Shown: positions 1 through 10,179, counted from the stretch's first letter. The stretch: 64,000 nucleotides of DNA from an uncultured Actinomycetota bacterium (GCA_963736375.1 CAVTOL010000038.1:70274-134273), one strand, 5' to 3'. The notes: generated by a model from the letters alone, not told the origin. Numbers and translations: made by a program.

Positions 1-2067
1 ACCCTGCGTTCTTTCGTCGTCGACGAGCTGCTGCCCGGGCTCGACATCGAACCCGAGCGGTTCTGGGCCGCGCTCGTCGATCTCCAGAGCCGGTTCGCCG
101 GTCGCATCGCCGCGTTGCTCGCCCGCCGCGACGAGCTGCAGGAACGGGTCGACGCGTGGCACCGCGAGCACGGCGCGGGCGACCCCGACGCCTACGCCGC
201 GTTCCTCACCGAGATCGGCTACCTGGTTCCGGACACGACCGCGCGCCTGTCCGTCACGGGCGTGGACCCGGAGATCGCCGAGGTCGCGGGCCCCCAGCTG
301 GTGGTGCCCTCCACGGTGCCGCGTTACGCGCTCAACGCCGCCAACGCCCGGTGGGGCTCGCTCTACGACGCGTTCTACGGCACCGACGCGCTGCCGCAGG
401 ACCACGAGCTCGCGCGGGGTTACGACGAGCAGCGCGGCGCACAGGTGATCGCCGCCGCCGACGAACTGCTCGACGAGCTGTTCCCGCTCGCCGAAGGCAG
501 CCACCGAGACGTCACGGAGTACCGCGTCGAGGACGGTGCGCTGGCGCCCGCGCTGGCCGATCCCGCCCAGTTCGCGGGCTCGGCCGACGGCGTGATCCTG
601 CTGGGCCGCCACGGCCTGCACGTCGAGCTGGTGATCAACCCGGAGACCCGGGTCGGTGGCCAGCACCACGCGGGCGTCGCCGACGTGGTGCTGGAGTCGG
701 CGGTCACCACGATCGTCGACCTCGAGGACTCGGTGGCCACCGTCGACGGCGAGGACAAGGCCGCCGCCTACCGCACCTGGCTGGGCCTCATGACCGGCAC
801 GCTCTCGGCGACGTTCGAGAAGGGCGGCCGCACGGTCGAGCGCGTCGTGCACGGCGACCGCACCTACACCGCCCCGGACGGCGCCGAGCTCGTGCTGCCG
901 GGCCGGTCGCTGCTCCTCGTGCGCAACTGCGGGCACCACATGACGACCGACGCCGTGGTCATCGACGGCGCCGAGGTGGCGGAGGGCGTCCTCGACGCGC
1001 TGGTCACGGCCACGGCGGCGCTGCACGACCTGCGCGGCCTCGGCCGGTTCTCGAACTCGCGCGCGGGCAGCGTCTACATCGTCAAGCCCAAGCAGCACGG
1101 CCCCGACGAGGTCGCGCTCACCGTCGAGCTGTTCGCCGCCGTCGAGGAGCACCTCGGCCTGCCCGCGCGCACTCTCAAGATCGGGATCATGGACGAGGAG
1201 AAGCGCACGTCGCTCAACCTCGGGGCCTGCATCGCCGCCGCCGCCGATCGGGTGATCTTCGTGAACACCGGCTTCCTCGACCGCACCGGCGACGAGATCC
1301 ACACCGACATGCACGCCGGCGCGGTCGTGCGCAAGGACGACATGAAGTCCACGGCGTGGCTCACCACCTACGAGGACCGCAACGTCGACGTCGCGCTCGC
1401 GGCGGGCTTCGCGGGCACAGCACAGATCGGCAAGGGCATGTGGGCGAAGCCCGCGGCGATGGCCGACATGCTGGCGCAGAAGGGGGCGCAGCCCGAGGCG
1501 GGCGCCACCTGCGCGTGGGTGCCTTCGCCCACCGCCGCCACGCTGCACGCGCTGCATTACCTGCGCACCGACGTCCGGGCGCGGCAGAAGGAGCTCGCCG
1601 GGCGCACGACCGACCGGCGTGGGCTGCTGGAGGTCCCGGTGCTCACCGGCACGCTCTCCGACGAGGAGAAGCGCCACGAGTTGGAGACCAACGCACAGTC
1701 CATCCTCGGCTACGTCGTGCGCTGGGTGGGGCTGGGCATCGGCTGCTCGACCGTGCCCGACCTTGAGGGCGTCGGCCTGATGGAGGACCGCGCCACCCTG
1801 CGCATCTCCAGCCAGCTCATCGCCAACTGGCTCTACCACCAGCTGATCGACGAGCGCGACGTGCGGCTGACGTTCGAGCGCATGGCCGTCGTCGTCGACG
1901 AGCAGAACGCCAAGGAGCCCGGCTACCGGGCCATGGCCACCGATCTGGACCGCAGCGAGTCGTTCCAGGCCGCGCTGGACCTGGTGTTCTCGGGGCGCAC
2001 CGAGCCCAACGGCTACACCGAGCGCGCCCTTACCCACTGGCGTCGCCGGGCGAAGGAGCGCGGCTGA
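1..2067 (+). CDS. glcB: malate synthase G (5' end upstream of window)
   Basis: Frame open from base 1. The 650+ aa translation (..RDELQERVDAWHREHG.., ..KIGIMDEEKRTSLNL.., ..CAWVPSPTAATLHALHY..) is typical of GlcB-type malate synthase. Confidence 0.92.
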   Translation, partial: TLRSFVVDELLPGLDIEPERFWAALVDLQSRFAGRIAALLARRDELQERVDAWHREHGAGDPDAYAAFLTEIGYLVPDTTARLSVTGVDPEIAEVAGPQLVVPSTVPRYALNAANARWGSLYDAFYGTDALPQDHELARGYDEQRGAQVIAAADELLDELFPLAEGSHRDVTEYRVEDGALAPALADPAQFAGSADGVILLGRHGLHVELVINPETRVGGQHHAGVADVVLESAVTTIVDLEDSVATVDGEDKAAAYRTWLGLMTGTLSATFEKGGRTVERVVHGDRTYTAPDGAELVLPGRSLLLVRNCGHHMTTDAVVIDGAEVAEGVLDALVTATAALHDLRGLGRFSNSRAGSVYIVKPKQHGPDEVALTVELFAAVEEHLGLPARTLKIGIMDEEKRTSLNLGACIAAAADRVIFVNTGFLDRTGDEIHTDMHAGAVVRKDDMKSTAWLTTYEDRNVDVALAAGFAGTAQIGKGMWAKPAAMADMLAQKGAQPEAGATCAWVPSPTAATLHALHYLRTDVRARQKELAGRTTDRRGLLEVPVLTGTLSDEEKRHELETNAQSILGYVVRWVGLGIGCSTVPDLEGVGLMEDRATLRISSQLIANWLYHQLIDERDVRLTFERMAVVVDEQNAKEPGYRAMATDLDRSESFQAALDLVFSGRTEPNGYTERALTHWRRRAKERG

Positions 2068-2160
2068 GCGCAGCCGTTACTACTCCAAACCCCTGCCTGG
2101 CGTGATCGCCCGGTATGACGGATGATCCGCATCACACATGACGAGTGAGGGGGCCGGGCA

Positions 2161-3835
2161 ATGATCGTTGCGGCGACCAATCTCCGACTGGACACGACCT
2201 GGATCGACTACGTCCTCGTGGTCTTCTACTTCGTGCTGGTCCTGGGGATCGGCGTGATGGCGCGCAGATCGGTGTCGTCGAGTTTGGACTTCCTGCTCTC
2301 CGGGCGTTCGCTGCCCGCGTGGGTGACGGGTCTGGCGTTCATCTCGGCGAACCTCGGTGCGATCGAGCTCATCGGGATGACGGCCAACGGCGCGCAGTAC
2401 GGCCTCCCGACCGTGCACTACTACTGGATCGGCGCCGTCCCGGCGATGGTGTTCCTCGGGATCGTGATGATGCCGTTCTACTACGGCAGCAAGGCCCGCA
2501 GCGTCCCCGAGTTCCTGCAGAAGCGGTTCAACTACACGACACAGCGGGTCAACGCCATCACGTTCGCGCTGTCATCGGTGCTGATCGCGGGCGTGAACCT
2601 GTTCTCGCTCGGGCTGGTGCTCGAGGCGCTGCTCGGCTGGTCGCTCGTGGTGGCGATCCCGGTGGCCGCCCTGGTGGTGCTTGAGCTACACCTTCCTCGG
2701 CGGGCTGTCGGCGGCGATCTACAACGAGGTGCTGCAGTTCTTCGTGATCCTCGCGCTGCTCGTCCCGCTCACCGTCGGGGGCCTCGCGCGGGTCGGCGGC
2801 TGGGACGGGCTGAAGGAGAAGATCATCGCGGCGGGCAACGGGGCCGAGCTCTCCGCGTGGCCGGGCACCCCGCTCACCGGGATCGAGAACCCGTTCTGGT
2901 CCGTCTTCGGCATCGTGTTCGGGCTCGGCTTCGTGCTGTCCTTCGGCTACTGGACCACGAACTTCGCCGAGGTCCAGCGCGCCCTTTCGGCCAAGGACAT
3001 GTCGGCCGCCCGCCGCACACCGATCATCGCCGCCTACCCGAAGGCGCTCATCCCGCTCGTCATCGTGATCCCCGGCATGATCGCCGCGGTGCTGGTGCCC
3101 GCACTTGCCGCGGCGAAGGCGGGCCAGCCGTCGGACGTCACGTACAACAACGCGCTCTCGCTGCTGATGAACGAGGTGCTGCCCAACGGCGTGCTGGGCG
3201 TGGCGCTGGCGGGTCTCCTGGCCGCGTTCATGGCGGGCATGGCGGCCAACGTCAGCTCGCTGAACACGGTGTTCACCTACGACATCTGGCAGGACTGGCT
3301 GCGTCCGGGCAAACCCGACCACTACTACCTGCAGGTCGGCCGGGCCGTCACGGTGATCGGCTGTGTGCTGGCGATCGGCACGGCCGCCATCGCGGGCAGC
3401 TATTCGAACCTGATGGACTACATCCAGTCGCTGTTCAGCTTCTTCAACGCGCCGCTGTTCGCGATCTTCATCCTCGGCCTGTTCTGGAAGCGGATGACCG
3501 GCACCGCGGGCTGGACCGGGCTGATCTCCGGCACGATCGCGGCGGTGATCGTCGACGTACTGGTCCGCACGGGCGTGCTTTCCCTGTCCAGCCAGGCGGG
3601 CAGCTTCGTCGGCGCGAGCGCGGCGTTCGTCGTCGGCGTGATCGTGGCGATCATCGTGTCGATGGTGACGCAACCGAAGCCCGACGCCGAGCTGGTCGGG
3701 CTGACCTGGTCGCTGACGTCCAAGGAGGACCGCAGCCACGGGGCCGAGGGCGCGGACAAAGGCTGGTACCGCTCGCCGGTCGTGCTGGGCGCGGGCGTGA
3801 TCGCGCTGACCATCATCCTGTACATCGTGGTCTAG
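2161..3835 (+). pseudogene. sodium:solute symporter (SSF) family transporter, broken by a 1-nt frameshift near 2681
   Basis: N-terminal 173 aa run in frame 1 (MIVAATNL..SANLGAIELIGMTANG..AALVVL). The rest runs in frame 2 from 2681 ((L)SYTFLGGLSAAIYNEVLQ.. to stop 3835). Deleting one T from 'cttgag' joins them as ..VVLSYTFLGG.. Confidence 0.8.
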
Positions 3836-3845
3836 GGAGATCCAG

Positions 3846-4121
3846 ATGAGCGACAAGGTCTCGAGCGCGGCGTCCTCGCTGTTCGACCTCCGCACGGTGA
3901 TCGCGGTGCTGTTCGCGTTCTACGGGATCGTCTTGACGATCATGGGCATCTTCACGGCGACCCCGGAGAACACAGCCAAGTCCGGCGGCATCAACCTCAA
4001 CCTCTGGACGGGGATCGGCATGCTCATCCTCGCCGCCGTGTTCGTGGTGTGGGCGCGGATGAAGCCGTTGCACGCCGAGGCGCCCCCGCCGGACGCGGAC
4101 GACCGGCCCATTCACCACTAG
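3846..4121 (+). CDS. small two-TM membrane protein, likely co-transcribed with the SSF transporter
   Basis: 91-aa ORF starts 10 nt after the transporter stop. It has two hydrophobic helices and high GC3, and is followed by a perfect hairpin. Confidence 0.6.
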   Translation: MSDKVSSAASSLFDLRTVIAVLFAFYGIVLTIMGIFTATPENTAKSGGINLNLWTGIGMLILAAVFVVWARMKPLHAEAPPPDADDRPIHH

Positions 4122-4134
4122 TCGGAGATGTGAC

Positions 4135-4161
4135 GGGCCGCAGCCTCCTGGGCTGCGGCCC
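4135..4161 (+). terminator. stem-loop terminator candidate
   Basis: Perfect 11-bp stem gggccgcagcc / ggctgcggccc with a 5-nt loop, 14 nt after the stop at 4121. Confidence 0.55.
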
Positions 4162-4175
4162 GTCGTCGTGTCAGG

Positions 4176-4243
4176 TCAGCGATCATGTTCGCTGCGCAAG
4201 CTCCGCTCAGCGATCATGTCGCTGCGCAAGCTCCGCTCAGCGG
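4176..4243. repeat. tandem 30-31 bp minisatellite (about 2.2 units), same family as 46704-46827 in opposite orientation
   Basis: Units are tcagcgatcatgttcgctgcgcaagctccgc / tcagcgatcatgtcgctgcgcaagctccgc / tcagcgg. The reverse complement matches the ctgagcggagcttgcggagcgaacatcggcg units at 46.7 kb. Confidence 0.85.
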
Positions 4244-4326
4244 TGACCGCGCGGGTAACGCGGGTTGAACACCTCGAGCGTCCAATCGTCGAGGCGGCGC
4301 AGCGCGCGTCGGATGGTGATGATCAT
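4237..4326 (-). CDS. candidate 29-aa basic small protein (MIITIRRALRRLDDWTLEVFNPRYPRGHR), not in the ORF track
   Basis: ATG is preceded by AGGAGG with a 6-nt spacer. About 25 of 29 third positions are G/C. The stop TGA lies in the first minisatellite unit, as at the DUF2469 gene. I recognise no homology. Confidence 0.4.
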   Translation of the reverse strand: MIITIRRALRRLDDWTLEVFNPRYPRGHR

Positions 4327-4435
4327 GGCGTTCCTCCTGTTCTCTGTAGTCACACCTGGTACATCGAATCGGCTCTCTGAATCGTTCCAGATGATCTGGT
4401 GAAACAGCTCACGGGCCGGGCATTAGGCTCCCGCC

Positions 4436-4957
4436 GTGCCGCTCTACGCCCTCGGCGCCGCCGAGCCCGACATCCATCCCGACGCCTACGTGCACCCCGA
4501 CGCCGTGGTGATCGGCAACGTGACGATCGGCGCCGAGTCGTCGGTGTGGCCGACCGCGGTGCTGCGTGGCGACGACGGGTGGATCGAGGTCGGGATGCGC
4601 ACGAGCATCCAGGACGGCTCGATCATCCACACCACGGCCGTCCAGCCGACGATCATCGGCAACGAGGTCACCGTCGGGCACAACGTGCACATCGAGAGCG
4701 CGATGATCGGGGACCGGGCGCTCATCTCGTCCGGTTCGGTCGTGTTGAACGGGTCGACCGTCGGGTCGGGCGCGATCGTCGGGGCGGGCGCGGTCGTGGC
4801 GCCGAACGCCGAAGTCCCACCGCGGGCCATGGCGCTGGGGGTGCCCGCGCGGGTGCGCCAGGGTTACGAGGTGCCCGAAGACGCGTACGCCCGTGCCGTC
4901 ACCAGCTACGTCGAGCGGGGACGGCGGTTCCGCGCCGAACTGAGGAGGGTCGGCTGA
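4436..4957 (+). CDS. gamma-carbonic-anhydrase-like / hexapeptide-repeat (LbH) protein
   Basis: 173 aa with ..[34 protein letters not shown].., typical of the YrdA/PaaY/CaiE family. Its stop overlaps the ung start (cTGATGg). Confidence 0.85.
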   Translation: MPLYALGAAEPDIHPDAYVHPDAVVIGNVTIGAESSVWPTAVLRGDDGWIEVGMRTSIQDGSIIHTTAVQPTIIGNEVTVGHNVHIESAMIGDRALISSGSVVLNGSTVGSGAIVGAGAVVAPNAEVPPRAMALGVPARVRQGYEVPEDAYARAVTSYVERGRRFRAELRRVG

Positions 4958-5637
4958 TGGCGGGCAAACCGTTGGCGGAGGTCGTCGAGGCCGGGTGGGC
5001 GCAGGCGCTGGCGCCGGTGGCGCAGCGGGTTGCGGACATGGGCGACTTCCTGCGCGCCGAGGTCGCCGCAGGCAGGCGCTACCTCCCGGCGGGCGCGAAC
5101 GTGCTGCGCGCGTTCGCCCAGCCGCTCGACGCGGTGCGGGTGCTGATCGTCGGCCAGGACCCGTACCCGACGCCGGGGCACGCGGTGGGGTTGTCGTTCT
5201 CGGTGTCGCCGACGACGCGGCCGGTGCCGCGGTCGCTGGCGAACATCTTCCGCGAGTACTCCGCCGACCTCGGACATCCGACGCCCTCGACCGGTGACCT
5301 CACGCCGTGGGCCGAGCGGGGAGTGCTCCTGCTCAACAGGGTGCTCACCGTCGCGCCGGGCGAGCCGGGCTCGCACCGCGACAAAGGCTGGGAGGCGGTC
5401 ACCGAGCAGGCGATCCGCGCGCTCGTCGCCAGGGACGGTGAGCCGCTCGTGGCGATCTTATGGGGCCGCGACGCGCGCAACCTCGCCCCTTTGCTCGGCG
5501 ACGTTCCGTTGATCGAGTCGGCGCACCCGAGCCCGATGTCGGCCGATCGCGGCTTCTTCGGCTCGCGGCCGTTCAGCCGGGCCAACGCGTTGTTGGAGGA
5601 GCTGGGCGGCGAGCACGTGGACTGGAAGCTCCCGTAG
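4957..5637 (+). CDS. ung: uracil-DNA glycosylase
   Basis: [47 protein letters not shown].. are family-1 UDG motifs. The upstream part of track ORF 4399..5637 is out-of-frame overlap of the previous gene. Confidence 0.93.
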   Translation: MAGKPLAEVVEAGWAQALAPVAQRVADMGDFLRAEVAAGRRYLPAGANVLRAFAQPLDAVRVLIVGQDPYPTPGHAVGLSFSVSPTTRPVPRSLANIFREYSADLGHPTPSTGDLTPWAERGVLLLNRVLTVAPGEPGSHRDKGWEAVTEQAIRALVARDGEPLVAILWGRDARNLAPLLGDVPLIESAHPSPMSADRGFFGSRPFSRANALLEELGGEHVDWKLP

Positions 5638-5656
5638 CTCACGCCGGCGTTACCGT

Positions 5657-5688
5657 GTCCGCACCGGCGTCCAGACGCGGGTGCGGGG
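5657..5688. terminator. hairpin between convergent ung and rpmB
   Basis: gtccgcacc ... ggtgcgggg imperfect stem in the 99-bp convergent intergenic region. Confidence 0.35.
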
Positions 5689-5736
5689 ACGGCAACGCTT
5701 GTGTGGTGGGCGCAGAACAGCGCCTTCGCGGAGGGG

Positions 5737-5928
5737 TCAGCCGCGGGTGACCTTGCCCGCCTTCAGGCAGGAGGTGCACACGTTCAGCCGCTTGCGGTTG
5801 CCGCCGTTGATCCGTGTGCGCACGGTCTGGATGTTCGGGTTCCAGCGGCGGTGGGTACGGCGGTGGGAGTGCGAGACGGACATGCCGAAGCCCGGACCCT
5901 TTCCACAGACGTCGCAGACGGCAGCCAC
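5737..5928 (-). CDS. rpmB: 50S ribosomal protein L28
   Basis: (V)[52 protein letters not shown] start is preceded by GAGGAG. The rest of the 379-aa track ORF is shadow. Confidence 0.93.
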   Translation of the reverse strand: MAAVCDVCGKGPGFGMSVSHSHRRTHRRWNPNIQTVRTRINGGNRKRLNVCTSCLKAGKVTRG

Positions 5929-6040
5929 GTCGAACTCCTCGAATCGGTGTCGGTGAAGCCGGGGCAGCCCCGGTCGCAAGACATCACAGTACCCGCGCCG
6001 CGGCGCTTGGCCCCACCCGGGGCAGATACGCTGGGCCCCC

Positions 6041-7850
6041 GTGCCCGCCGTGCTCAACCCAGCCCTGGTTCTCGCGTGGGCGAGGGCGTCGGTCGCGGTG
6101 TTGGAACGCCGACGCTCTGAGCTTGACCGCATCAACGTCTTCCCGGTCCCCGACGCCGACACGGGCACCAACCTGCTGCTGACGATGCGTTCGGCCGTCG
6201 AGGCCGCGGACGGGGCCCGCTCCGACGACGCGGAAACGGTGGCGATCGCGGCCGCCCTCGCCCGTGGCGCTTTGCTCGGGGCACGCGGCAACTCCGGAGT
6301 GATCCTCTCGCAGGTGCTGCGGGGGTTCGCCGAGGCCGTGGCGGCCGCGCAGGCGGCGGATCCAGCCGTGGCAGGCGCCGGGATCGCCGACGCCGTCGTG
6401 CTCGCCGACGCCTTGGCCCGGGCCGCCGCTCTGGCCTCTGCCGCGCTCACCGAGCCGCGCGAGGGCACCGCCCTCACGGTGCTCGCCGTGGCCGCCGCGG
6501 CGGCTCGTCCGCCCGCCTCGCCTGTAGAGGTCGCCCGCGCGGCCGGTCCGGTCCCTCCACCCGCCGCCGATGCCGCTGCACCTGCGCCTGCCGCGGCCGG
6601 TCCGTCCGGTCCTGTGGCGGCGGCCCCCGGTGCTCGGCAGGCGGCCACTCGGAGCTCGGCAGGCGGCCATCGTTGCGTCGTCGTCCGCGGCCGCCGACGG
6701 CTGCGACGCACTGGCCGCGGCGGCGACAGCGGCCGCCGACGCGGCGGCGACCGCCCTGCGCGCCACGACGGCGCAGATCCCCGAGCTGGGCCGCGCCGGG
6801 GTCGTCGACGCAGGCGGCATGGGCATCTACCTCCTGCTCGACGCCCTCGCCGCGCTGCTCGCCGACCGCCCGCCATCGCCGCCGCCGCAGCCGAGCGTGC
6901 GGGACCGGGCCGCGCTGACCGCGCAGCGCGAGACGGGTTCGGCGGAGTACGACTACGAGGTGATGTACCTGCTCGACGCGCTACCGAGCGCGGTCGACCG
7001 CGTCCGCACGAGGTTGGCCGAGCTCGGCGACAGCCTCGCGGTCGTCGGCGACGGCCACGACCTGTGGCGGGTTCACCTGCACTGCAACGACGTCGGCGCC
7101 GCGATCGAGGCCGGGATCGCGGCCGGACGGCCGCACCAGATCACCGTGGTCCGGTTCGCCGACCAGCCGGTGCCGGGCCGGTTCGTCCGCGAGCGGGCCG
7201 TGCTCATGATCGTCGCCGGTGCGGACCTGGCGCGGTTGGCGCACGACGCGGGGGCGGCCGTGCTGCAGCGCGCGCCCGATACGCCGGTCCGTGAAGCCGA
7301 GATCGTGACGGCGCTCGCCGCGACCCGCGCGCACACCGTCGTGTGCATGCCAGGCGACCCTGAGCTCGTACCGGTAGCCGAAGGCGCGGCGGCCGCCGCG
7401 CGCCGCGACGGCCAGGACGTGCTCATCCTCCCCACGGCAACCGTGCTCCAGAGCCTGTCCGCGCTCGCCGTGCACGATCCGGAGCGCCGCTCGGGGGAGG
7501 ACGTCGTCGCGATGGCCGAGGCGGCCGCAGGCACCCGCACCGCTGCGCTGCTCGTGGCCGAGACCGAGGCGCTCACCTGGGTGGGCCGCTGCGAGCCCGG
7601 CGACGTGCTCGGGATCGCGGACGGCGAGGTCGTGCTGATCGCCCCCGACCTTTCTGTCGGTGCCCTGTGGTTGGCTCACCGCATGCTCCTCGGCGGAGGT
7701 GAGATCGTCACGGCTCTGCTCGGCGCAGGCATCGACACCGCCCTCGCCGAAGGGCTGCAAGCCGATCTTCGCCGCAGCCATCCGGAGGTCGATGTCGTCG
7801 TTCTCAAGGGCGGCCACACCGACTACCCCCTGGTATTGGGGGTCGAATGA
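6041..7850 (+). pseudogene. DAK2-domain protein YloV-like, frame-broken between about 6528 and 6654
   Basis: N-terminal part in frame 2 (..[35 protein letters not shown]..). C-terminal part in frame 0 (..[18 protein letters not shown].. to ..PLVLGVE). A 16-nt direct repeat spaced 22 nt apart lies at the junction. The stop overlaps the recG start. Confidence 0.8.
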
Positions 7851-10021
7851 GCATCGATCTCGCCACACCGCTGGTCACGGCGCTCGGTGCGCGCGCCGCC
7901 GATGCGCTGCAAACCCAGTTGTCGCTGCACACGGTCGGCGATCTGCTGCGCCACTACCCGCGCCGCTACGTCGACCGCGGGCGGCTCACCGACATCGCGG
8001 GCCTGGAGATCGGCGAGCACATCACGGTCGTCGCGCAGGTGGAGAAGGCCACTCTGCGCGACATGCGCTCGCGCAGCGGCAAGCTGCTCGCCGTCGTCAT
8101 CCGCGATGAGAAGGGCGCCGAGCTGGACTGCACGTTCTTCAACGGCCACCGGCTGAAGTCGCTGGTCAAGCCCGGTGTGCGGGCGGTGTTCTCCGGCAAG
8201 GTCGGGGTGTTCAACCGGAAGCTGCAGCTCACCCACCCGCAGTTCGAGACGCTCGACGAGGACGACGAGGTCCGCCCCTTCATCTCGGTCTACCCGGCCA
8301 CCGGCAAGCTCGGCTCGCAGGCGATCGCGAGGTCGGTCCGGCAGGTGCTCGGCCTGCTCGACGAGATCGCGGATCCGCTGCCGCCGTCAGTGCGGGAGGG
8401 CGAAGGCCTGGCCGACCTGGGGCGCGCCCTACGCCGCATCCATGTGCCCGAGAGCCAGGTCGACATCCACGCCGCGCGCCACCGCCTGGTGTGGGACGAG
8501 GCGATGGGGGTGCAGCTCGCGCTCGCGCTGCGGCGCCGGGCCACCGCCGCACGGCCCGCCGCGGCCTGCCCACCGCGGCCGGGGCGCCTGCTGGAGGCGT
8601 TCGACGCCCGGCTGCCGTTCGCGCTCACGGCCGGGCAGCGCGCGGTGGGCGAGGAGATCGCCACCGACCTCGCAGGGCGGCATCCCATGAACCGGCTCGT
8701 GCAGGGCGATGTGGGCGCGGGCAAGACGGTCGTGGCCCTGCGGGCGATGTTGCAGGCGGTGGATGCGGGCAGGCAGGCCGCGATGCTCGCGCCCACCGAG
8801 GTGCTCGCGGCTCAGCACGCCCGTTCGCTGCGCGCTCTGCTCGGCCCGCTTGGCCAGGCGGGCGAGCTGGGTGCCCCGGAGATCGCCACCCGGGTCACGC
8901 TGCTCACGGGATCGCTGGGCGCGAAGGCGAAGCGGCAGGCGATGCTGGATGCGCAGACCGGTGAGGCGGGCATCGTCGTCGGCACCCACGCCCTGATCCA
9001 GGACCGGGTGGGGTTCGCCGAGCTGGGCCTGGTCGTCGTCGATGAACAGCACCGGTTCGGCGTCGAGCAGCGCGACGCCCTTCGTGCCCGCGGCGCGCAC
9101 ATGGTGCCGCACATGCTGGTGATGACGGCCACGCCGATCCCGCGCACGGTGGCGATGACGGTCTACGGCGACCTCGAGGTGTCCGCGCTGCGCGAGCTGC
9201 CCGCCGGACGGTCGCCGGTCGCCACCACCGTCGTCCCGCTGGCCGAGCGCCCGTCGTGGTTCAAGTCGGTGTGGCGGCGGGTGCGCGACGAGGTCGCGGC
9301 CGGGCACCAGGCGTACGTCGTGTGTCCTCGGGTGGGTGATCCGAAGCTCGCCGAGGAGCCCGAGAGCGAGCCCGCGGATACCGATGGGGAGTCGGAGGGG
9401 CGTCGTCCGCCGCTCGCGGTGGTCGACGTGATCGCCACGTTGATGGAGGGCGAGCTCGCCGGGCTGCGGCTCGGGCTGTTGCACGGCAAGCTGCCCGCCG
9501 ACGAGAAGGACGCGGTGATGCGCGCGTTCGAGCGCGGCGAGTTGGATGTGCTGGTGGCTACCACCGTCATCGAGGTCGGGGTCGACGTGCCCAACGCCAC
9601 CGCCATGGTGATCCTCGACGCCGAGCGGTTCGGCCTGTCCCAGCTGCACCAGCTGCGCGGTCGGGTGGGCCGCGGTTCGGCGGCCGGGGTGTGCCTGCTG
9701 GTCACGGAGATGCCCGCCGCCACGGCCGCCCGCGCCCGCCTCGACGCGATCGCCGACACCACCGACGGCTTCGCGCTCGCCCAGCTGGATCTGGAGCTGC
9801 GGCGGGAGGGCGATGTGCTCGGCGCTCTGCAGTCCGGCCGCCGCTCCGGTCTACGGCTGCTCTCCCTGCTCAAGCACGAGGAGATCATCGCCACGGCACG
9901 GGTGTACGCGATGGACGTCGTCGAGCACGACCCCACGCTCGGCGGCCACGGCGGCCTCGCCGCACTCGTCGGCCAAACCGTGGGGGACGAGGAGCGCGCG
10001 GCGTGGCTCGACCGGGTCTGA
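7847..10021 (+). CDS. recG: ATP-dependent DNA helicase RecG
   Basis: 724 aa with Walker A GDVGAGKT, DEQHRFG, and helicase C motifs. Position after yloV is conserved. Confidence 0.95.
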   Translation: MSIDLATPLVTALGARAADALQTQLSLHTVGDLLRHYPRRYVDRGRLTDIAGLEIGEHITVVAQVEKATLRDMRSRSGKLLAVVIRDEKGAELDCTFFNGHRLKSLVKPGVRAVFSGKVGVFNRKLQLTHPQFETLDEDDEVRPFISVYPATGKLGSQAIARSVRQVLGLLDEIADPLPPSVREGEGLADLGRALRRIHVPESQVDIHAARHRLVWDEAMGVQLALALRRRATAARPAAACPPRPGRLLEAFDARLPFALTAGQRAVGEEIATDLAGRHPMNRLVQGDVGAGKTVVALRAMLQAVDAGRQAAMLAPTEVLAAQHARSLRALLGPLGQAGELGAPEIATRVTLLTGSLGAKAKRQAMLDAQTGEAGIVVGTHALIQDRVGFAELGLVVVDEQHRFGVEQRDALRARGAHMVPHMLVMTATPIPRTVAMTVYGDLEVSALRELPAGRSPVATTVVPLAERPSWFKSVWRRVRDEVAAGHQAYVVCPRVGDPKLAEEPESEPADTDGESEGRRPPLAVVDVIATLMEGELAGLRLGLLHGKLPADEKDAVMRAFERGELDVLVATTVIEVGVDVPNATAMVILDAERFGLSQLHQLRGRVGRGSAAGVCLLVTEMPAATAARARLDAIADTTDGFALAQLDLELRREGDVLGALQSGRRSGLRLLSLLKHEEIIATARVYAMDVVEHDPTLGGHGGLAALVGQTVGDEERAAWLDRV

Positions 10022-10028
10022 CTCCGTC

Positions 10029-10131
10029 GGCCGCCCGCCCGTGCCCGCGGCCGCCCGCCCGTGCCCGCGGCCGCCCGCCCGTGCCCGCCTGTGCCCGCCT
10101 CCCGTGCCCGCCTGTGCCCGCCTGTGCCCGC
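10029..10131. repeat. tandem repeat: 3 x 20 bp (ggccgcccgcccgtgcccgc), then 4 degenerate 10-13 bp units (c[t/tcc]gtgcccgc)
   Basis: Read directly; begins 8 nt after the recG stop. Confidence 0.9.
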
Positions 10132-10179
10132 CTATGATCACCCGCAGGCCCTGCCCGTGATCGCCCGCCCGCCTCGTTC

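Noticed and set aside
2161-3849. 562-aa frame-1 ORF as an intact gene
   Set aside because: After residue about 173 the translation becomes Arg/Gly/Pro-rich nonsense, while frame 2 continues the symporter homology. This is interpreted as one frameshifted gene.
4176-4243. Tandem repeats at 4176, 10029 and 46704 as possible CRISPR arrays
   Set aside because: Units are directly adjacent with no unique spacers. No cas genes are present, and unit lengths and degeneracy fit minisatellites.
4399-5637. 412-aa ORF that would fuse a long N-terminal extension onto uracil-DNA glycosylase
   Set aside because: The first about 185 codons are an out-of-frame overlap of the gamma-CA-like gene (4436-4957) and are Arg-rich nonsense. 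Ung starts at ATG 4957, overlapping that gene's stop.
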